DNA of 64,000 nt from TPA_inf: Saccharomyces. Taxonomy: Eukaryota. Both the position numbers and the translations under genes were made by a program. The DNA lies in the NCBI GenBank assembly GCA_000146045.2, contig BK006945.2, positions 1 to 64,000 on the forward strand. Reading direction: 5' to 3'. This document shows positions 54,211 to 64,000 of the stretch, piece after piece (the stretch's first letter is position 1; every line of letters begins with the position of its first letter). A model generated the notes under the pieces. That model saw nothing but the letters and a program-made list of their open reading frames with translations, ran no database searches and was not told the origin of the DNA.

Positions 54211-57200
54211 TCATAGGATAGCTTCACAGTACTTATTGTATTCTCTAACAGCAATGGCGATGTTCCTGTACAAGGACCGACGTTCTTCAGGATCGCTGAT
54301 GGGAATGAAGTATTCGGATTGAGACTTGAGTTTAATTTGAAGACCGGATCTTTCCAATGTAATTCCCTGGATGGAAGGATATCCTGTGCTCCACATAAGC
54401 TCTTGGGTGGCCATTTGCACCTCAGCAATGTGCTGCATGGACACAATTACTGCTAGTTCTTTGCCTGGCAATATAACGTGCGACAGGTATTCATCATTCA
54501 TAAATACTCCTCCATTCACGGTCTTGAGCCAGTATTGTCCTTGGGCCTCACGTAGATCATAAGGCTTGATGATTTGATCATGGTCCACGTACCTTGGTAG
54601 ACGCACTCTGCAACCCTTTTGCATGTCAAGCACAGTGGTGGTACTTTTCACGCCTTGACTTAAGTTACTTGTAAGATCTAAGAATCCAATGGCTGTCTTA
54701 GTTGGCAGCCCAACGATACCTTTACCAAGGCCTTTGAGGAAACCAGCGGCGCCTTCCTTTTGCATGGCCTTGTATGGGTCCAGTGCAATTCCGCTCAACC
54801 CGCTTCCCAGTGTGCTGGCAAAGGATTGCGCTGAGTTTGCCAAGGCATTCCTGTTGTTTTTATTTATTCTTTGTTGTAATCTCCTGACCCTTTGGAATTC
54901 CAGATCTTGTGTAACTGACAGGCCCTTGGCCATCGACCCCGTAAACTTGGACATACTATCAGAGAGGCCAAAGACTGTTTTCTTTGCAAAACTTAGTCCA
55001 CCTTTAGCCAGATGTATACCAATTTCTTGAGGCCTATCATTCATCATGTAACCTTGATATGGTTCATAGAATAAGTCCCAGACACCGGAACTAATTGTGT
55101 TGAAAAGACCTACAGGATTACCAAAACAATCTGCTGATCCTAAAATTTTGTGGATCTGATACACGAACTGGGTCGTATAGTGTCTCTCAATATGGTCCAT
55201 CAGAATGGGCAATGGGACTCTTACATTATCCATGAACAAAGAATTAACTTTAACCGGCGCCTCATTTATATTACCTAATGTCATAGCAAACATATGGACA
55301 TAGTACAATGATGACGAAAATGACTCCTCGGTCTCTTCAGCCAATCCTGGACTAATTTCATCGGAGCGTATAAAGGACAGATGTAAGACGGTGGGCTGAA
55401 TATGGAAGATCTCGAAATATATATCACCCGCCGTTTTTAATTCAGAAACATCAGGTAACTGGATTTCTTCATCGTACTTATAATCTCTTGAATCCATGAT
55501 CCATGGGGATCCTGGGAATTTTATGAAGTCCATCATAGCATACAGCATGTCTTCATCTAATTGTATGGAAAATTCCTGGATTAATAACGTAACATGTTTA
55601 AAGTATGGGACAGCCTGTAAGGAATCGTTGACTTTAGAAATAGAACCTGATATCACTGGATGATTTTCAATTTCCTTTTCTGTGTAGGGGATTTCTGTTG
55701 GATATAGAATATTTGAGTAGTTTCCTGAAAATAATTGATTATCTATTTGCATCCATTTCATTTTCCAACTGAAAGTCTGGTATGCTTTAGATTCATTGTA
55801 TCTTAATTCGATCCCTCTCATGTTAATATATAGAAGTTCCTGTAAACGACCATTGATTAATGAGATACCAACTCCTTTGAACGAAACAACTATCTGTGTA
55901 TTAACCTTCTCATCCTCATCCTTTTGCACAAAGCCATCAGTCACTGAACTATTTACTGAAACTGAAGACGTGGTAGTTGCAGAGGCAGTTTTCAATTTGT
56001 ATAACCCAACATTGGCCTTATAGTTAACAATAACTAAGGCCTGCATATCGTCGTCAGCAACAACATGTAATCCAACAATGGGGGCTGGTTTATCCTTTGA
56101 CCTTTTATCCAGGCGTAACGGTGGCAATTCGCCAATCTCAGCCAACCGAACTTCCCTTGTACGTGTACCTGATTCTAACACCAGATATTTCTCCTTAGCT
56201 GTAGGAAAATCCCATGCGTATGGCATAATACTTTTCGAGGGAATCCTGTAAAAGATAGGTTTGAAACTACGGCTTGAGGACTCGTTAGACTGGTCATCCT
56301 TGTATGGATCACTAACTTTACGAGGATCTCTTTGGTAAAATATAAAGTCATGGTCGCTGAAATTTCTTATGGAAAATGGCCATCTGTCACCACCGTCCTT
56401 GATTCTTATGAATATTGTTGCTTTGTCCAAAAGAATTTCAATCTTTAAAAGCTTATGGCGTGAATTTTTCAAAACTTTCAAATATGTTACACCGACATTT
56501 TTGATAAAGAATGGTTGTGACCAATTGGAGTCTCCGCCTAAGAATTTCAGCACTAATTGCTTGTCGACGATGTTTCTCATCCTGTATAAAGGCTTAGTGA
56601 TGTTCGATTCTATTTGCTGGACATCCATAGACCCTGTCTCGCAAACTTCAATAGGGATATCTAAAGTATTGCTTATAATATACCTAGGTGCAATCTCAAT
56701 AACTTTACTTAGCAAGTACTTCCCTTTACCTTCGCTAATGTTGATGCCTAAATTTGATTCTTGTTCCTTATTTTTTATGCGAACAGATGCATCAAATGAT
56801 TGGCCAATAGCGTCAAATGATAATTTGGAACTCCACTCTGATTCCTTGAACCTAATACGAGCTCTGTTACTTTTATCATCTTCTTTATCAAATGAAAACA
56901 TTTTTGGAATAGTATATCTTTTTTCGTTTTCAAGCAAAATCTTGGATTGTGCAATATTTAAGAGACTACTTTGAATGTAGAGTTCTCTATCGGTAGAGTT
57001 CATAATAATATAAGGGGAGTATATCCGAATAACTTTGGACCTTGTACCATCGATGTTTTTATAATCTAGTTTCAACAACAAATTCTGACCTCCAGATAGG
57101 GTCAAAGACAACGAATCTTCTGGGTTTAAAGGACTTTTATGTGGTGTATTAACGATGGAGGGCTTTGAAGCAGAAGCCTCATCTTGTAATGGTTGAACAG

Positions 57201-60200
57201 ACATTAGCAGGAAACTATCCAAAGAAATATGATGAACTTCCATACTTTCTCCAGTCTTCAAGAAATCTGTTCTCTTCTCCTCTCTTTTGTCAAAAATAGA
57301 GAAGTTAATATCTGCTGGAAGTAAATTTTCAATAGTCATAGATGCCGAAACCACGATTTTCATATGAGGAAAGATCTTTGCCAATGGTTCTCTTTCATCA
57401 TACTTTGCACCAATTTCGAAATGAAATCTTTGATTGGAATCTTCTTTTGAAGAACAGAATATAGACATTTGGTTGCTCAACAAGCTTTTCCAAGATAACG
57501 TCTGTTGAGACCAATCGTATATATCCTCTGATGCGGGTCTTATCCTAATATCAGAATCGTAGGCATATTCTACAGGAACAGATTTACTTTGATGTGGTTT
57601 AATAGCATATTTTAAAGATGGCTTATTTGGATCTTTGGAGTCAACCAAAAGCTCAATCTCAGTTGAAGTTGTGTTTTCGATAACTAAAGTTGACCTAAAC
57701 GTAATAATCTTCACGTTATTCTCATCACATCTGGCCTCACAAACAATTCTATTATGCACATTATTTCTTGGTGGGCTCAAAACATGCAAGTTTTCACCTT
57801 CTGTTGTGGCATCAATATTCATAATGGTTTTATAATTTTGCCCAGAAACACAAACACCCAAAATGTTCTTCGACTTATCAATATCCAATTTCTCTCTAAT
57901 ACTTCTCCAATCTTCAAATTCCCAAGGAAGAGAAGTGTTTGCTTTTAAGAGCACAACTTCGTTTTTGTTGTCTTCAGTCGTTTTATCCTGTATCCAGACG
58001 TCAAAATCTAATTCTGTATCGTTTACCAGTTGATATGGCTTCTGAGATACCCTGGAAGCTAAGGGCAGCTCTTCGGTTAGAGACGCCGGGATGTGAGAAA
58101 GCATAGCGATTGACCTAGCAGAAAGTGTAATTTCCGCGATTCTTTGAGTTAAAATATCAAAAGAGAAAGCAGGATCCATTTCAGAATGCCCTTTTGATAG
58201 GTGGAATGTTATTGGAATCATCTCCAGAAGTGGCTCCCAGCTAGATCTCGAATAGTTGAATATGTTAACATAGGTTTCTAGAGAAGCAAGAGCTTCAAAG
58301 TCGGTAGACCAATCCTTTGCTGAAGCAGTGATTTCATTTACATTCATGTCCAATATTGGCATTTCATGGACGTCACCAATTAAAATAAATCTCAGTCCGC
58401 CTAAGTCAGCATTGAATGTTTCGTTTTTCAAAATTGCAGTAGGCACTTCAATTGATTCGGAATCTGAGCTCTGGCTAGCCCTGCTGCGCTCACCTAAAAT
58501 GCTTGGATCCAACACCGCTAATTTCCTTTCAAATTCATGAGAAAATTGTATTTTGTCTGTGCTCTCCTCCTCCTCTCCATTATCCTCTTTTTCCGTCATC
58601 TTATTTAGCAATGTGGTAACTCGTTTGAATATTAACATCGCCAGACGAATATCTCTAAGTGAAATACGCATCAACAGGGGCTGAACGGAAAGCTGTATAT
58701 TCGTCATTAGGGTCTGAGGAGTTGAGTTTCTTTTATCAATTGTCAAGGAGGATGAAAAGTCGTCCAATAATCTCAATTTTTCTTCAGACGAATTCATTTT
58801 GAATAGGAAGATACCAACATTATTGGCTGCAACTGTCATAATATTCTGATCGGTTACTAAAAATTGTCCTATCTTGAAAGAAATAGCCTCACTATTCATG
58901 TCGCAAGGATCAGCAAGTAAGATCAGAGCCGTTTCGATGATATTAACAGAGTATTGGATTTTAGTCACATCACCACCTTCTTGAACGCTTTCAACAATAG
59001 CCTTGTTTTCAGGCTTTTGGTTTGTGTTTTCAGGATAGTATAAATTGTTTTCGTGGCTTTTGGACATAATTGCATCAAAAAATTCTTTGAGAGAAACCAA
59101 ATAGTCCATTGCCAAAATCATTTTCGGACTGTCCATTGTCATCGAAATGTTCAATAGCCGTCCGACCTCTAAGTTCTTTCTGGAAATATTAGCCACAAAT
59201 TGATATTCTTTATTCTTACTCTTTGGTATTAGTTCTGTATGCTTATTATCTTTTATATTACGAACATCTTCTATCCGGAAAGCAGCAACATGTGCTTGAC
59301 CATCGACGGTCCCATCATTCTTTAAACCAAGGCTGCACCCAATGTCTTGAAACATAATTCTTGTCAGACCACAGTCATTCAAAGAAGTGACGCCCTTTGT
59401 CTTGTTATATAAAGTAAGGGCAATCTTTGGAGCTTTAAAAGAAAAATCCAAGTATTTTTGTTCTGGATTTTTTATATTGCTTTTATTCGATCCCTGTAGA
59501 GACTGAGGAGTAGCTGTGCGTTCGCTTTCGCTACTTAAAGAAGCAGGGTCAGGAGAGGGACTTTTGATCTCGCCTTTTCCTCCTGATTCACCAGAGTTTT
59601 CGTCTGTGATATTGAATGCAGAGGATACTTTATTGGAAATTTCTAATAAGTAAGTCAGCTGGTTCTCAGTCAAATCCAACGCAAATGATTCAAAATTACT
59701 CGTTACTTTAAGTTCTGGAGTGTCATCTTGCGGAAGGGGATCTCTGTCTATATTGAAAAGTAAACCTATATTTTCAACTAGATACAATTGTTGACTGGAA
59801 CCATCGAAGTTTAAGTTCGAGGATAATTGGCCCTCGCGGACACCAAGTTTGATATGGTTTATTTTATGAGATTCGTCTATTACCGAAAATTTGTTTTCAA
59901 TAAAGAACTCACCCAAATAAAACCGCATTGTATCGTAATTGTTCTCTTGTGTGCCTACTAATTTAGGAAACTGGATAATAGGTGCCTTGATTACTATGTC
60001 CATTTTCATGTTATTTACGGCGTCAATGGAAGGGGCTTGGTTGTACGCTGCAAGACGAGCTCTATCAAAGGATACTTTAGATTTTTGAAATTTAGCAAAA
60101 AAGTTAACCATTCTGTTAACAGCACTTTCGATAAAATTAACATGCATAGAGCCCGTAGAATATTTTAAAAACGAATCATAATCTTTGGTATTTGTAGCCG

Positions 60201-63200
60201 GATCGAATGATTCATAGCTCAATTCGACTAGTTCTTGACCTTTCATTTGAATTATTTTTCTAAATACCGAATCCCTGGAAAACGATTCATTTGTTTCATC
60301 AGTCAACTCCAACCCGCCTAATTTTAAGTTAATGTTGTATCTTTCCGGTAGTAAAACCATTGTGAATTCACCAGCCGATAGAACTAACGTTGCCAGCTTT
60401 ATAGAATCATCATTAAAAATAACATTGACGGCCTCCATTTTAATTTTCATATTGATTTTTTGTGGCGCATCGTCCCTATCTTCTTTATTATGTCTCAACA
60501 CATCAGCCGGCATTTCTGGAGCGTTAGGATCCGTAAAAGTAAGCATTGCATAATTCATTAAAGTTAATACAGATCTAGGTGTTAATACCAATTGCAATTC
60601 ACTCATATGCATAACAATATCTTGATCGAATAATTCAATCAAAGTATCGTTATGAGGCACAATTCTCTGCACTCTCTTGTATTTTAGCGTAAACAAATCT
60701 TTTTGAGATCTTGTCACTTTTTCAACGCCGGATGATATCAAGTTTTTGAATTCCTTGTTATCAGTCAGCTCGATGTAATCTTCAACATCTAATGAATGTA
60801 CTCTTAGATCTAAATTCATTTCTTTGGCTCTCTTATCAAAATTGAAATTTAGCCTTTGACACAATATATCAACCAATTTTTCGCTGTTTCTGGAATCATT
60901 TTTGATACATTGAAAGAATGCTATTTTCGCCTGATCGATATCAAAATGGAGCTCTAAGAATTTCTGTTCAATTTGAAGCGGCTGCATATTTTCTAACGCT
61001 TTCAAAGTATTCTTCAACTGCAATTGAATTTGCTTCTTCATTTCTTTTTCGGAACCAGAAGAGTAATTAACGTAATCGCCGTTGTTTTCTTCATCATCAA
61101 TCATAGAAGGTATAGAATTAGCAATCAAATTCATAATAGTCTTGTATTGAATGTCATTTATGGAAAGACTTAAGCGAGGCAAATGACCAAAAACTCTTAT
61201 CGTGGGTAATTTATATGCTTTAGGAAGGATTGATAGATCTACAGTTAACTCTAATTTCATTTTATCCAAGATTCTAAAATCATTCGTGGAAGAGGCGGTA
61301 TTGATCTTACCTATAGTAGACTGAATATCAGGACCAACAAATATCTGAGTATCCTGAGATAAAATTTGGAACCTATCAAACATTAACCTATTGATTTCGT
61401 TACCGTCAATCTTGTCATATTCTTCCGGCGATAACTCTTTTATTTCCTTTATCTTCTCCTTTGGCACTAAATCACTGAGTATAGACATATGACCGGCATC
61501 AATGATCGCACAAGGGGTATCCCAATCATGTGGGTCTAACGGTAATATGATTAATGGTGCTTGTAAATCTAAAGATACATTTACGGTCTTGTGGTCTTCC
61601 AACAAAGACTCAATACCCATTCTTGTTTGTGTTGTCCAACCTTCTACAGTTGCCTCGGCGGCGTTTACGATATTGCCGATTGTTTCCATGTGTTGGTTTG
61701 ACGCCTTAAAAAACTTGTGGACCTCTGTAATGAAATGAACGTGGTAAAACACAGTCATTCCCAATAACTTAATGTTTAAGTTCGAATCTGCTAATCCATC
61801 TAGTGGATTCAATTCAAATGAAGCACGTAATAAAGGTTCATCCTCTTCTTCTTCCTCCCCGGTAGCGTGGTTGTCAATTGAAGATTGATCTTTAGATGAG
61901 TTTCTGACACTAATGATATGTTTATATAACGCGTTGGGTGAGCCATCTTCGAGACTGAATTTGTTCAATTGGAAACTCGATAAAAATGAATCAGGTCTTT
62001 GAGCAAAATCAACTTTACAATTTTCAAAAATTATGGAACCCAAATTTAGATTTTGCTTCTTCTTTCGTATAGTGAATGAACCCTTTTTTAACAAACTCGT
62101 TACACGAAGTTCAACCCTTTCTCTAGGAACTTGCAGTACAGGACCTTTATCTTCATTCTCGTCAAATTCAATAGCATCATAAAGCTCCTGACGCTGTTCT
62201 TCAGTCATTATTAAATCTTCGTCTACTTCTTCTGTAGGTTTACCGTTCCACCAAGAAGAGAGCCAGCTTCCATTATTTTTAGTTGCGGACTTGTTGGAAG
62301 TTTGTGGTTCAATATTTGAGCTAGCTGTTGGTGTGGGTGAGTCTTCCGTCATGCCCAACTTATATTGCGCGTACTGTCTCTTAGCGACAGATCTGAAGAG
62401 AATAATTTCATCATACGTTAAATCTTTATGCAATTCAGATAATTGAGCCTCCTGAATGGGGTCACGTAGCGGAGCTTCTAAATTTTTTAACTTTAACTTT
62501 TCAACCCATAATTTTGTGTACAACCTCCGTTGTTCACATTTCTCCTTCATGCTTTCCCAAGTCCACATTTTGTTTTTTTCATGAATTTCATTAATAACAC
62601 AAGCAGCAATGTATTTAAACCATTCTGTCGGGTTTTCACTAACTGCGAAGGATGGTCTTGCTTTCTTAAACTTTTTGGTAATTTGTCTTAACTGTATACT
62701 GGAGAGGACATGCAAGATATCATTATATTCTGTATCATCTAATTCTAAACCAAATTCATCATAAAACATTTGCAAGTCAATGTGAGGTTGTTCCTCCGTG
62801 GAACCCAGCTTGTTGATACTAAGCTTCCCTAGCCCGCTAACCGGTTTCAAAATGTATTGATGCTTGGGGGCAGTGGAATTTTTCGATGCAATCATATCTT
62901 TGAAACCCCTTACAAAATTTTCCAGGCTTCTATCTTGATCATCATCAGAAATCAAGGGCGGAGAGTCTGTATTCCAATACAAACAGAGTGAATTTAAAGT
63001 CAATAGTTTATGCGTGATATTCTGTGTAATATCAATGAAACTTGGAGCCCAGTTGGAATCTGTAGATACAGCTGATAGCTCGTTCAAAGTTAATCCAACG
63101 GAAGATGGGCCTGTAGTGAAGATTCCGTCCATGTCCTCGTACCTTAAATGGATATTTTTTATGGTAACTTGTAAATTGTCTATGATCTTTGTAGTCAAAG

Positions 63201-63645
63201 ACTGCATAAACCCGGCGTTATTTTTTTCTGAAGAAGAAGAAGAGGTTTTGTTCTCTGATTGGGTACTCAGTATGCGAGCCTGATTTGTCAGTTCCCATTC
63301 ACTTACCTTCCTCATCTTCAACCGAAAAGCTCTCTTTATCATCTCCTCATCATTTTCGTGATCTTCTGAACGTGGTGAGCATAATAAATAACAGTCCTCG
63401 ATAATGATTTTCACGGGCTTATTCTTTAAACTTGACCATGGGACCGTTAAGACCAAATCACCCAGTATCCCTGATTTCACATCTATGGGTAAATTTAATG
63501 AGTCCAAACAGTCTTTTCTTAGTTTTAAGTTTTTTAACTTCACATCACCACTCCATATGCCGACATTTAATTGATTAGGGTCGAAATTTTCCACATATGA
63601 GCCTAGCAATCGGTTTAGCAAATTAGCAGCTAAAGACTCTAACAT
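54211..63645 (-). CDS. VPS13: VPS13, bridge-like lipid-transfer protein for vacuolar protein sorting (3144 aa). N-terminal chorein domain [22 protein letters not shown]...
   Basis: Single 9.4-kb ORF whose N-terminus is the chorein-N signature. ATG at 63643..63645. Confidence 0.9.
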
Positions 63646-64000
63646 TTAACTGTTCTTAATTTTCCTTTTTTCTGCCTTTTCCCTTTTGGTAGTCACAATA
63701 TTCTATCCGTATCAAATTAAATAGAGTTAAAAGGTTGACTCAATTGGTCGGCTTATGTGCGTTTACTGGAGATTGAAACATGATAGGACACTATAAAGGT
63801 GGTTTATATTCCCTAATAAAAATCCCTTTCTATCAAAATAGCTAATGGTATTACCCGGCTTCGCGAAAATAGTGAACGTCATAGTATAAGACGATTCAAA
63901 AATCCAAGCTCTTGAAAACCAACATGAATAAAGACAATAACACAGTTGAACAATTTATTTAGTGTTCTATGGAGTATTTATCAAAAAAAAAAAAAAACCA

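Noticed and set aside
54371-63283. Numerous 60-200-aa + strand ORFs inside VPS13
   Set aside because: All are antisense to a single uninterrupted 9.4-kb coding sequence and have no independent signal.

Overview
This window is the left end of a Saccharomyces cerevisiae chromosome. The gene order and ORF boundaries match chromosome XII-L (TEL12L through VPS13) of the S288C reference. It is a eukaryotic telomere and subtelomere followed by ordinary chromosome arm.

Layout, left to right:
- Terminal C1-3A telomeric repeats at 1..76.
- Two tandem, near-identical short Y' elements at ~77..5660 and ~5726..11195. Each carries a Y' helicase ORF (YLL067C/YLL066C type) and an upstream Y' ORF1. They are separated by an internal TG1-3 tract at 5661..5725.
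- A second internal TG1-3 tract at 11196..11358, then an X element (subtelomeric repeats with TTAGGG motifs plus an X core with a perfect ARS consensus) to ~12.1 kb.
- The subtelomeric seripauperin gene PAU18, then AYT1.
- A run of sulfur and organosulfur genes: MHT1 and MMP1 (divergent pair), GTT2, YLL058W (cystathionine-gamma-synthase-like), JLP1, YLL056C and YCT1.
- The zinc-cluster factor YLL054C, the frameshifted aquaporin AQY2 (YLL052C/YLL053C), FRE6, intron-containing COF1, LDB18, YBT1, RNP1, RPL8B, FPS1, ATG10, SDH2 and the 3144-aa VPS13.

I found no tRNA, rRNA, Ty/LTR, CRISPR or prokaryote-type system. I do not think this window holds an undescribed biological system. The points most worth a second look are:
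- sequence differences between the two Y' copies, including a 7-bp indel that changes the helicase C-terminus;
- evidence that the Y' helicase ORF is the 3' exon of a spliced or read-through gene, since it has no ATG at its 5' end but a TACTAAC box and AG lie just upstream;
- the subtelomeric sulfur-gene cluster, with CACGTGA (Cbf1) and AAACTGTGG-like (Met31/32) motifs in its promoters;
- the 11-bp deletion that splits AQY2.

Note that the supplied ORF track calls starts at GTG/TTG as well as ATG. For example, 3938 and 23557 are GTG, and 17643 and 52593 are non-ATG. I therefore moved several gene starts to the first genuine ATG.
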